Source: Takakia lepidozioides | Taxonomy: Eukaryota; Plantae; Bryophyta | Assembly (NCBI GenBank): GCA_030704615.1 | Contig: CM060734.1 | Location: 9,052,001-9,116,000 of the forward strand | Length of the DNA: 64,000 bases | Direction of reading: 5' to 3' | In this document: piece by piece, positions 21,875 to 33,334 of the stretch | Layout: each line of letters opens with the position of its first letter | Position numbering within the stretch: position 1 is the stretch's first letter | Program-made: the position numbers and the translations under genes | Notes under the pieces: model-generated | The model's input: the letters and a program-made list of their open reading frames with translations, nothing else | The model's database searches: none | What the model was told of the DNA's origin: nothing

Positions 21875-24800
21875 CACCCTTATTCGAAGAGGCCTTATGG
21901 GGGCTGCACCACAAGTGGGGACTGAGGGCAACATTGAGCTCATGGACGCAAATGTGAGTCATTTTCCTTCACCTTGTTTTCTTTCCTTTGCTTCTCATTT
22001 TATTTCTGGTTTGTTTTTAATTTTGTGGGTTTTGTGTTCAGGAGCTTGGCGCATTCCCCGAGGGCCGACACCGCCACTGTCCCATCTTTGTCGGTGGCAA
22101 GCCCACTGCCTGCCACAATCTTAGCCATGAGAAGAAGAGGAAGAGACATCGTACCCCCGAGGTTCCCCTAGTCATCAAGGGGGGTAGGCAAGTAGTGGAG
22201 GAGGGGAGGGAAGTAGTGGAGGGGAAGGGGAAAGGACGGGCCCACGAGAGGGAGCCTAAGAGAAAGAGGCGAAGAAGGAGAGAGGTGCAGCCGGGGGAGG
22301 GCACTAGTGGGGTAACAAAAGATAAGGGAGAGGTAGTCACAACATTGTACCTATCTACATGTAGTATCTACCTTCTGAAACTTGCCGCCAAAAACCATTA
22401 TCTCTAGAAATGATGGACTTTATGAAAAGTCCAGAAGCTTTTGTTACAGTCCATACAAAACTTGTTATGGACTCATTATATGTTAGATTTTGTAACATAA
22501 TTGGAATAAGGGACGGCCCTTCCGATCTGTCAGCGGAGGAGGGTGCTGCTGCTCAACGTTCGCAGCAGGACTTCTCCACCATTCTGGAAGAACTTCAGAA
22601 TACTGTAGGCCCGGAGGAGGCCTCTGAAATGCGACAATTGCCTGCAGGTGATCCAGACTTCGGCCATATGTCGGGCAAAATGTTTTTTGTGTGGGACAGG
22701 AATCACCGACTTCTTGCCTGGTGGGAATACATCAAGCAGAACCATGCCAAGCAAATTGGCTGGCATTACATGGTGGAGTGTGTCATCCTCAAGCTGAAGG
22801 CGGCAGACTCCTCCCTGCCCAAGAATGCTATGGCGGACCTGAACTCGTAAGATTCTCATCCCCTCCCATGCAGATCCGAAATGCGGTGCCGCATCCTTTT
22901 CCCAATCAGTTTTGTTTCCGCCCTTCAGTGGACTGAATTGGAGAGTGGGCCTTGCAGGGTCACTGAAAATGCGTACGTGCATACCCATATGGCACATATG
23001 TTGTATAGGGTGAGGAAAACTGGTCTCACTGACCCGCACATGTTCGCCAAACTGCTGGAGCCCGAGCTCATTCAAAAAGCCATGGCTAAAACAGACCGGA
23101 CATGGTATCGGCTCACTATGGATGGAATGGTAGAGGTGGTATACGAAGTAAGTCATCCTCCCATTTTCCTCTCCTGATCCTTCCCCAATTTCCAGTCATC
23201 TGTCAACATGGATCGTATGTAATGCTTATGCATGTTGTTCTTTTCAGTCAAACATCAAGTTGGATTCGGCCCATGCCAAATGCTTCTTCATGGAAAGTGA
23301 GGGGCAGTCCAAAACATTGCAGGCATGGACGGACCACTTGAAGGAAGCCGGGGTGAAGTCCAGAACCAAATCCAAGTCAAAGCTTGTGAAGATGGTGGCC
23401 ATTGCAGATCCAACTCTCGGAAAGGACTTCATCCCGAGATATTGCAAAACATTATTCTCGGGCCGGCAAGCCGACCATGCAGTTGGAAAAACTGCATCAC
23501 CTCTCAACGACATGTGTGGAGGCGAAAGAGAAGGTGAGGTTGCACTGCATTGAATTTCCTTTCTAGCAATAACGACTGTACTTCCTGCTCCTGACATGGG
23601 ATCGGAAATGGCAGACAAGGTGGCTGTCGATCTGGAATGCATCGGAGAGTATAAGGACCATGTGGTCTTCCAATCGAAGTTTCCGACCCTGCAGTGGATC
23701 TCTGGCTCAACCGAATGGATGGTGGGGGGTGGGTCCGGTTAATTCGAGGGTACTTCCCCCCATTTCCTTGGCTGGCATGATTCCTTGAACAGCTATGGAA
23801 CAATGCATGTTGTAAACGCAGGTAATGACGAATGCGAAGGAGCAAGTCATCCTCCATACAAATCCGTTCAACTTGTACGTAAAATGGGATGGAACCCAGA
23901 CATTGGAAAAGTACGTGACTCGTTTCAGATGGGCGTACAAAGACAACTTCTTTGCCAGGGAGCTGCAGACAGCAAGAAGGAGCGTGGAGTATACACATCA
24001 GGAGGGGGCGGTAAAAACATCAATGCGAATTGTGTACAGGTAAAGCCCAGCTCCCGTTGTATGAAAACCTAGGATATATGAGGTTGCCTGGGAAATGCGG
24101 CACTGCATTTCGACTTTATGTTTTCGGTTTGCACTCTGACAAATAAATTGTTCAAAACCTATACTGACGCATGTGGCATGTGTTGCAGGTATATGAAATA
24201 CGTGCTACTTAAGACAGGGGCCCTGGCGCAAGAGCCCCTATTTTTCATGGCTTGGACTGTGCTGGGCGCAAGCTGTGTCTACACACCAGAGATGTAGACA
24301 TAATAGCATGCCTCGCATCTCGATGGATGCCCCTGGTACTTGGACATGTCTGGCAGACTTGTTCACGAATCGGAGAAAGAGCTACACGCAAAAGCGGAGG
24401 AGAAGAGAAAGGAAAAACGTGTCCCTAGTGGGCTTGAAAAGGCAAAGGACGCTGCTGCTCTGGAAGAATCCAGAAAGGCAGCTGAGATGCGGTGGATGTA
24501 GCTGTGCAGGCTCAACAGAAGGGGTCGAAGAAGAGGACTCGCTAGCAAGGAAGCAAGTAGTTGTGACACCTAAGAAGACGAAGAAGAAGAAACAGAAAGA
24601 GCAGGAAGAGGGTGGAGAAGAGGGCTCCAATGGAGACTCCAGCCCACCCGGAGAAACACAGCCTAAATCCCCTGCGGCCACCGTTATCACGAAAGGGACG
24701 AGAACAGGCTCAGCAAAGAAGGCAATCTTCAACCCCCTGGGGGGGCACCCTTTTGAGCCCGGTGAGGTTGGAAATGAAGAGGCCGAAAGTGGAGCCAGAA

Positions 24801-26521
24801 ACAGTAGTAAAGTGTGTGAATGAGAGTTTCTGGGCGGGCAGCCAAGTTGGCATACATCAGGTCCATGGAGGGGTTGAAAGGCAGAGCACTAAAGAAGGCG
24901 GCTGCCAAAGAGCCTTCCGACACCCTTGGGTTTCTAAAGATGGTCCGTTATGGGAAGAAGGTGGTGCAGGGGAAGGATTGCAGTAGGGGTGGAAAACATA
25001 CCGAGTGGTCTTGCGATATGATCATCTTGGATATTCCGGATGGAGAGCCTGTGGAAGGACTGCATGTTGTGCCGTCTTGAAACAGGTACTTCGAGGACTT
25101 TTGGAAGAAAGGATGCGGGTCTCGCCCCACATGCTTTGGACGACAGAGGGTGTGTGGTTGTCCTTGCGAGCAGAGGCAAAAAACACAGAGGCGGAGGAAT
25201 TGCGAAGTGGACCCGCCAAGAAGAGTGCCGTCCCACTTCTGAAGAAGAAGTGGGACCTGCATCAACCACATTGGGCTTCGCTCGGAAGGAAGATGGTATA
25301 CCACCATTGGCAATCGTGCTTGCATTTTCGAAGCTTTTTTGAAATGCGGGGTGCACGAATTCGAATTCTAATCGTTCTCCACTGTGTCTGCAGACGAAGC
25401 AGTTCGATCTACATACTGCTTTGTGAAGGAGAATTCGACCTTTGCTTTCCGGAAGGATGGTGTTGGTGACCCGAACTGCGACTCCATCGATTACGACGCT
25501 ATTCAACACGTCTCACGGGAAACTCCTCCCTCATAGCCTCACTTCAATGGTTCCCCTGCGCGGTTATCACGGAACTCGGAGCCATGCCGTCATCCAGACC
25601 ATTATGGCGGATCACTGACCTAGAGGCAGAGTGCTGGACCTCACTATGGAAACAAAATATGCGGATTTGGTACTATGTTGTTCATGCAATTTTTCATTAT
25701 TTCAGATTTTGCATTTCTGAGGGCGATGTGTGCATAATGAGTGGATTGATGCCATTCTCACAGGTGCCTCAATGTGGGGGTGGGCGGTTTTTCCGACCGC
25801 ACCTCTTTGCCACGAGGAGGACACATCCGTGGTGGGGATCCCATCTGGAAGGCTTCAACGAAATGTGAAGGTCCCATCGCAGCCACTGACTCCGCGGAAG
25901 CTCCTCGGACTCGAAGGAAGAGACAGTGGACATTAGGCTGAGGAGAACCCAAATACGAGTGAGTGGAATCATTGTAAGTTTGCAAAGCCTTCTGGGTCAT
26001 TCTGTTTTTCACGGGAATGTCGGATTGTGGTTCTCATTGGTCTGGGGAAGTGATTATTATGTGCAGGATTCCAAGATCTGCGTCGAAACCAGTGGCGCCT
26101 ACATTTCTTGCTAGGGAGAGTGTCCCGTTCTTTGCGAGGTCCGACTTCATGAAGAGCCCATTGAAGGAACTACTCCTTCCTAGTTATGCCAGCTAAGCTT
26201 GCAAAAGACAAGCCATTAGACGATGAGAGAATCCCAGTAAAGTAGAGCTGATTTTGGAGAGGGCTCGGGAGGACAGAAGGAAGCAGAGAGAGCTGGCTGC
26301 AGCTGAGACAGGTAGACGCGTGCGGAAGTATGTATGTGATTCCGCAGAAGAGAGTGATGCAGATAAGGAGGGCAACGACCCAACGGAGGTGAGATGGTCA
26401 GTTCCGCAAAGGGAAGATGGGATTTTTGAAAGCCTGGCCAACGACCAGTCCGCTGGACATGAGAAAGAAGATGAGGGGATGGAAGGGGAGCAGGATCTAC
26501 GACAGGATGAGGATAGTGATG
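21875..26521 (+). pseudogene. ParB-MTase-like gene copy B (multi-exon; 5' part probably 8300-8830, separated by Gypsy element 1)
   Basis: KMFFVWDRNHRLLAWWEYI at ~22680-22735; DMIILDIPDG...PS*NRYFEDFW at 25015-25105; HALDDRGCVVVL; VPLRG...VIQTI; PRGRVLDLTMET at 25619-25654; GAS...RPHLFA.EED at 25764-25822; acidic tail to 26521; intron-like gaps. Confidence 0.72.
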
Positions 26522-26669
26522 ATGATTTCCAAGATGGGTAGAATTATATAACTCTTTGTACATTTAAATTTTCTTCCTGAATATATAAAGGTATTTCTTT
26601 GCAGTTGAGGTCCCCTCTCCCATGTGCTTCTAAAAGACACCATCTCTGAAACCACGTCCTTCCCAAAAC

Positions 26670-27350
26670 CGAAAATGCGGTGCCGCTTTTCCATGTCGAA
26701 AAAAAAAAAAAAACGGAAATGTGGCAACTGTAAATACATCGTTTTGGAAATGCGGCACCGCATTTCCATAAGCGGGACACCAACAGTAAGGTGAATTTCT
26801 TGGTTTGGACATCAGAAATCGCAGGGCCGAATGGAAATGCGGTGCCGCATTTCAATTTTGGACATGGAAGTTTGTCCATTTCCTGCCCTTTGCACGGAAA
26901 TGTGGCACCGCATTCCATTGCGCTAAACGGAAATGCGGGGCCGTGCATTCCTATGTCAATACGTTATTTCCATGTCGGATATGGAAATGCGCTGCCGCAT
27001 TTCCATTTTGGAGATGGAAGTTTGTCCAATCCCTGACCCTTGCACGGGAATGCGGGAAAGGCGGTGCCGCATTCCTTTGTCGAATACGAAATTTCTATGT
27101 CGGATATGGAAATGCAGTGCCACATTTCCATATCGGACATGGACATGCTTTGCCACATTTGAAGGTCAAATATGGGAACTGCGGTGCCGGCATTTCAATT
27201 CGAAGTATGGAAATGCCATGTCAACAAAGGCATTTCCGTTGTGGAGACTAGAATGCGGCGCCGCATTTCCTTTGTGACAAGCACAGAGGAGTTGAAGCTG
27301 TTGGACATCAATGCATGGGAACAAAGGAAATGCGGTGCCCGCATTTTCCG
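26670..27350. repeat. Cluster of GGAAATGCGG(C/T)(G/A)CCGCATTTCC 22-bp palindromes
   Basis: More than a dozen copies, e.g. 26746, 26833, 26983, 27327. Confidence 0.9.
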
Positions 27351-27888
27351 AACTTGGGCATGTACATGTTTCCGTTTCTTCAAATATGCATTTCCTCGAC
27401 CTCGTGACTCTGATAGGCGCTATATTCGTCCAGTCACCATTGCCGGTATCTAGATGGAGATGGCGCACATGAAGATACAAGACAACTATATTGGTGAGGT
27501 TCGTGAAAACATGCAGGTATTCCATGCCAGGTGGGAGATCCTCAACATCGTCGTGGTACTTGTGCGCGTCCAACACAAACCTGTTCCGGTTCTCCCTCAG
27601 TGTCAGCAATATATTCCCGGGCCCTGAAAAGTGAGTCACAAACTCTACAGCCCGATCAGGTAGGAGGTACTGTGGAGTGGGGGGTGTTTGTAAGCATGGT
27701 AGTACGACCTGACAAGCTCCCACAACAACATTCATCATGAACAGATGCACACTTCGTCTCCCTGGTCTGTCTCGCACAACAAGTATCCACTGTTGTCCAC
27801 TTTCGAGTCTCACCCAACGAGAATCCCAAAGAACTGCCCGGAAACTCGTCACCATGGGGATCGGTCCACTGAACTCCAACTCCGCCAT
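27166..27888 (-). CDS. Uncharacterised ORF (MAELEFSG...) between two palindrome clusters
   Basis: Uninterrupted ORF with ATG at 27888 and globular composition. The 3' part runs into repeats and may be read-through or intron. Confidence 0.45.
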   Translation of the reverse strand: MAELEFSGPIPMVTSFRAVLWDSRWVRLESGQQWILVVRDRPGRRSVHLFMMNVVVGACQVVLPCLQTPPTPQYLLPDRAVEFVTHFSGPGNILLTLRENRNRFVLDAHKYHDDVEDLPPGMEYLHVFTNLTNIVVLYLHVRHLHLDTGNGDWTNIAPIRVTRSRKCIFEETETCTCPSSENAGTAFPLFPCIDVQQLQLLCACHKGNAAPHSSLHNGNAFVDMAFPYFELKCRHRSSHI

Positions 27889-28174
27889 AGTATCTCCCAG
27901 CTCCGGGATTCGCAAATGCGAGGGTCGAATTCCACTTCGTCGAATGCAGGTGGCACCATGACATGACTGCATCTTGCAACTTCAGGTGGAAGAGCAATAT
28001 CGACAAACAACTGGAGGACGATACATAAGAGAACCAAAAAATACCCCGATACTCGGGTTGTAATGCAATTTCCCCTCTCTGAAACCCACAACGGCTATTC
28101 TCACCTTCTGTACACTTTTTTCAATAAGTCCTGACGCATTTTCATTGTGACATCTTTGTTTTATAGTGTACGGA

Positions 28175-28556
28175 AGGAAATGCGGTACCGTATTCCGTTT
28201 TGTTGTAAACTGACGGAATTGATGAACGGAAATGTGGTGCCGCATTTCCGTCCGGAGTATTCCCGTGAAACAATCCTGATGGAAAAAGGGGACCACATTG
28301 AGAGACCACATCTATATGAAGATATGGTGGAACGGAAATGCGGTGCCGCATTTCCGTCCGAGGTCCATCAGTCAATGCGTCATGACGGAAATGAATGTAA
28401 GTGAAGCCTACCTTTCAATCCTCCAGAACGGAAATGCGGCGCCGCATTTCCGTCCAACATGTAAACCATGTAACAGTGGAATGGAAATGCGGCACCGCAT
28501 TTCCGTCCAACATGTAAAACATGTAACAGTGGAATGGAAATGCGGCACCGCATTTA
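28175..28556. repeat. Second cluster of GGAAATGCGG..CCGCATTTCC palindromes
   Basis: Copies at about 28176, 28228, 28334, 28430, 28483 and 28536. Confidence 0.9.
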
Positions 28557-28599
28557 GTCCGAGGTACCTTTCTATTTTCCAAGACGAGCGTGGACAAGG

Positions 28600-29176
28600 T
28601 AAAGACCTCGGGTCCCTGCGTCCTTGATTTGCCAAAGATGGTGGTGCCCCCATTAGAGACCAATAAGGTCAGTGACCCATGGTGTGGTATTAGGAGGCCA
28701 TGAAAAAACAGGCCTTTGACTTGGCGGCGAGGTGGTTCCCTTGGCATGTTGATTGGCCACGCCAATCACATCGCCATAGGCGAGCATTCGTGCAAGCACT
28801 TGAAGGCCAATTTCCGGGTGAGTGGAATGAGGGGAAGCTCTTGGAGCTGGTGGGAAAGAACCTCAAGTGCAAGAGGTACCGTGTGCACCAAACCATTTGC
28901 AAGGCACTCAAGGCGGGGGTCCAAACCGCGATAATGCCACATGAAGAAAACCAAGGTAAGACGCACTTTCACTTTGTCATTGGCGTCTTTTGAATGCATG
29001 TTCATTGCGGTATGGAGTTCATTAAACATTTATAGTGTCTTTGTTGGGGCTGGATAGGAATCTTGGGAGGCTCTAATTGCAGGGGAGAGGGAAGAGCTGA
29101 AGGCGGAGATCTTCGCGAGGGGCCGTGCGGCAACTGCAGCCCGCCTCAAGAAGTGTGCGGAATCAACACACAAGTG
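28600..29176 (+). pseudogene. Transposon accessory gene fragment, loosely Ptta/En-Spm (Transposase_24)-like
   Basis: WFPWHVDWPRQ...FVQALEGQFPGEW...NLKCKRYR, GT-AG intron ~28955-29057, then ESWEALI...ESTHKWG. Family assignment is weak. Confidence 0.35.
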
Positions 29177-29198
29177 GGGGGGGGGGGGGGGGGGGGGG

Positions 29199-32100
29199 GG
29201 GGCGCTGCTATTTCATGAGCCATGAGCCATGAGCGGCATGAGCCATGAGCAGACTCGTAACTGTCGAAAAAACCATGAGCAAGATTTTTTTTTCAGAAAT
29301 GATTGTCCAGGGGAATAGGGTTTAGGGTGTCACGGTCATTGGGGGACAAAGACCTCCCGATGAAGGAGGTTGGGCAATGTTTCTTAGAATTACATATTGA
29401 AAGGCAATGTTTTGCAAATGGTAGGGTGGTACTACTCAGTACAATGGGCATCCATTACAGCCTACCAGCCACTTCCAAAATCCACCCCCACTCCCAATCC
29501 GAAACAATATGACAAATGATGCATTGTGAGAACGATGGATGCAGTCCCAATGTGGCCGTATACATTGCATAATCAAAGCCTCCATAAGGGCAGTCGTCGT
29601 GGTTTCGCAAGCACGGCATCCTTGCAAAGGAGGCCCGGAGGACGTGTGTGTTGTCGATGACAATGACCTTGCAGACAGCAACGAAGCCCTTTGATTTTCC
29701 CTAATGGAGGAACCGGGTCCTACCTACCCACCTATCATCGTGTAACGTGTTCATCACGCCAGCGGCGGATGAACCGCTTACTCATTCTCATCCACAGTCG
29801 GCCACCTGCCACCGAAGTCCATCCCCCCGGATGGAAATTCGGCGCCGCATTTACATCGAAGGGGAGATGGATGAAGTCATCTCGAGGGGCTATAGGCCCA
29901 CCTGGCACTAACGGCCCATAGTTTGCATGGCACGGATGGAAACTGAAACAACTACATTCATGGAGCAACCAATCTTCATCCGTGCAAGTTCCTGTAAGGG
30001 GGAAATGTAAATGTGCCCTGGAGTGTAAGTGAGGAATTGCAGCGTTTGCAAACAAAATGTCATCTCCTTGCACAACTTCCTGCCTCCGCGCTGGTGCCTC
30101 CTCCATCCAGAAGCTGTTGTCATTCATCGTACTCTGCTACTCTTTTGCAAGGATGCCCTGCCGCCGCAATCTTGCTGATTGCCCTTATCATGGCCACGAT
30201 TATGCGATGTTCAAACCCAAATCAGGAGACATCATTGTCTGGCTCTCTGTTTTCACTTACGCTTCTGGAGTCAAGCGGGAGTCATTGCGCGCAATGGAGT
30301 ATTTGGAGGACTATTACCGCTTTGTCAATGCGGTCCGTGGGTGCTGCAAATTGTTGACCTCGATATACCTAGAGTCTAACCGTTTTAACTAATGTTCCTG
30401 GCACTTGTCAGTGCGAACGTTCATGTCTGCATCGAGAATATGGTAGGATCCACCCTTAGGAAAAACTGTCAGGAGATATTATTGGTTCGCCGAATTGGCC
30501 ATCATTGTCATACATACTGTCCCATGGAATCGGAGCTCCCACCTTCATGCATGTATCTTGAAACATTCTGCTGGACTTCAATGTGCAACTTCCAATCATC
30601 GATGGCCTCGGCAGTTCCAATTACGTGGTGCCAGTAAGCCTTGGTCTGTCGCTATAGAGAACCTCGCACTTGCCAACTTTGTGCAGTGTTCGATGGCTCC
30701 CAATTCCTACGCTATAGTTTGCTGTCCTCCGCAACTTGGGAGAGCCTGGATCCCTAACGAGGGAGGACTTTGCAGAGTGACTGAGACTTACCTATGTTCC
30801 AAATTCAAGCTGAAACCGGGCACAGTTTATTTGGAAGAAGAAAGGAAGGATGTTCCTGGACAGGTTGATGAGACCATTGTCGTGCTAGGTGTCGACGGAG
30901 GTTGCGGAATCGAGTGGCATGTACCCCCATCAGACACCATCTTGTATTGCATTGTGGGAATGCTCATTCCCTTCCCGAATCAGTCGCTGCCCACACCATC
31001 CACAAAGGAGTCGGGAAACCGACAGGCGGCCATTGCCAACAGAGAGGTATGCAACTATAATCATTCCCGACCTGGACCATCAAGACCCTCCATAGCTTCT
31101 CGTGTGGAGGTATTCAAAATTTCAGACGAGGAAGATGATGCATGGAGGTCCCCATGTCCTCCACGCAGTCGTTCAAATCCGACATGGATGTCTCTACTGG
31201 TGCTACGCATGTACCCCCGAGCATAACTCCAACCCATTCCATTGTGCAGCTCCTACGGCAACATCACCTTGATGGTTCTCGCTCCGAGCTGGCTGCTCTC
31301 GACTATGCCAAATTTTCAGTCATGAAGGTAACGTATCTGCCTCCCGAAGTGGATGGTAATGTAATCTGTTACTTCGTCAAACAAAGCCTCAGGGATGTTA
31401 ACAGACACGGATCGAAAGCATGACGGACACCCCTGGTGTGTGACGAAGACCAGTAGCACAAAAATTGCTGATGGTGTTCGTGTATGATAGGTGGGGAAGC
31501 TGAGGTGCCTCAATCCCACCTGCTTCCACTTTCTCTCCAAAGGAGGGCGGAGAAACAAGACAGCGGGTACTTTAAGTGCGCACATTGCAAAGAACCACCA
31601 ACATGCATGTCCATGTGCAGAGCCAAGCAATATTATGTAATCCATTTGCTCCCGGACTTGACTAGAGTTGCATACACGTTGGGGTCCACTGCCACCCCTT
31701 GGCGAGAGGCAACATGCGGGAGGCTGTGCAGGAAGCACATGACATCATAAAAGAGGAGGTGAAATTGAGCCCCGGAGCCAGACCAAAGCAGATTCAGCTG
31801 AAGGCAGCCCACAAGATTGCTCTTGGCAAAATTATGTCTAAAGATGGGAAAGACCGAGTGCCTTTGAATGAAGAGGAGATGCTTGACCTGTTGGAGTCCG
31901 TGTCGCACGTTTGTAGTCCAAATGTGCGGAATCACGTCGTATCTTGCAAGCAGGAGTTCGGCCGGGGGTCGGACATGCACTCAATCCTGGAGGTGAAACG
32001 AAGGACTGGATATGACTATATCCAAGGTAGCAGGTTTCCAGGGCAAGGCAGCGAATCCGATCGTTGTTACATTTTTAAAATGTCAACGTGTGGGCCTGGA

Positions 32101-33334
32101 AGTGGAGTCGACTTGGTCACTCGAATGACAACTGGAAACTTGTCGAATGCTTGGGTGATGTTTGACCATCTCAAGCAAATTACAAACCATCAGTGGGTGA
32201 CCATGGGTGCGCATGTTTATGACTATCACTCGAAGAGGCTCATGACGATTGCAATCTGCGAGATGAAAGAGGAGGACACACAGTCCGATGCATCTGTGGG
32301 AGGGCATAAACGAGTAGATGGCAAGGGCGGGTTTGCCAAAGCCCAATTTCAGGGGATTCATCGCAGACAACGCTCAGGCCAACTAGGCAGCGGTGCGGCG
32401 TGTGTATGGTGAGGACCCCAATGTTCTAATGGAGGGGAAAGAGAGATCATGTGGATTCCATTGGATGCAGAGTCTATCTCACTACACTACCAAATTTGTT
32501 GCGAGCTCATTCCAAGCTGAACACCATGTCCTTTGTACGGCGTGGAAGGATGCACCCACATTTGATGACGCGGAGGTTAAGTTTGCTATCATCGAGGCTT
32601 GGTGGAACACGTCAGGTGCAGTGGAGACAACCAATCTGGGAGCCTTGCACAATTGGTTGGGGTGGTGGCATTACCGGTATGGACAGTTCAGACAGTATAT
32701 GCGGGAGGTATGATGCAAGACTTTTGCTGCAATTGTCGTTCTATTACAGACCTTTCCATTTTTCCCTCACCATTGTTTCTGTCCTTGTAGGAGCGGTGCC
32801 TGGATTCCGACACGGACATGCGGAACACAAATATGGCAAAATCAGTCCACTCCTCCTGGCGAGCGTCTTCTGCCACACATCTGGTGGATGTAGTGACGGC
32901 CACAATGGAGGACATTGACAGAGCAAGCCAGGTACTACAAGTTCCTGAGCGGGAAACAATGGGGCTTTGGGCCGGATAGGGAGGAATTGTTGGTACGAAC
33001 AGCTTCGAGGTCGAAGAATCCACTGAAATGGGCGACATCATTGCAAGAGAAGATCAAAGGGATGTCTCTGCACCGCAGAGGTGAACACCTAGAGGGGGAC
33101 GTCCGTACTCGCCCTGTGAGGCAGAGGATTGAAGAGGAGCCCGGGTGCGAAGAGGATTCCTGGAGATCCAACAGGAACATTTGGACATCACCTCGAGGTC
33201 CTGTCATGTTGCCGCACAATCTGTCTTCCAGCAGTGGAAGCCCAAGAGTTTCAAGATCGCCATCACCTTCAAGCGGGGATTCCGTGCAAGAAATTCCCAG
33301 TGCTTGCTTGCCCCAGATTCCGCCCGCTGTTATG
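29199..33334 (+). mobile_element. Mutator-like element family 2, left arm with left TIR
   Basis: GGGGCGCTGCTATTTCATGAGCCATGAGCCATGAGCGGCATGAGC is an inverted match to 50590-50649; contains the transposase. Confidence 0.8.
30690..33334 (+). pseudogene. MULE-type DDE transposase, family 2
   Basis: HDGHPWC and Cys/His-rich region; WVMFDH (D1); GFIADNAQAN (D2); ERSCGFHW (CxxH); NMAKSVH (E position decayed); intron ~32708-32790. Confidence 0.85.
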
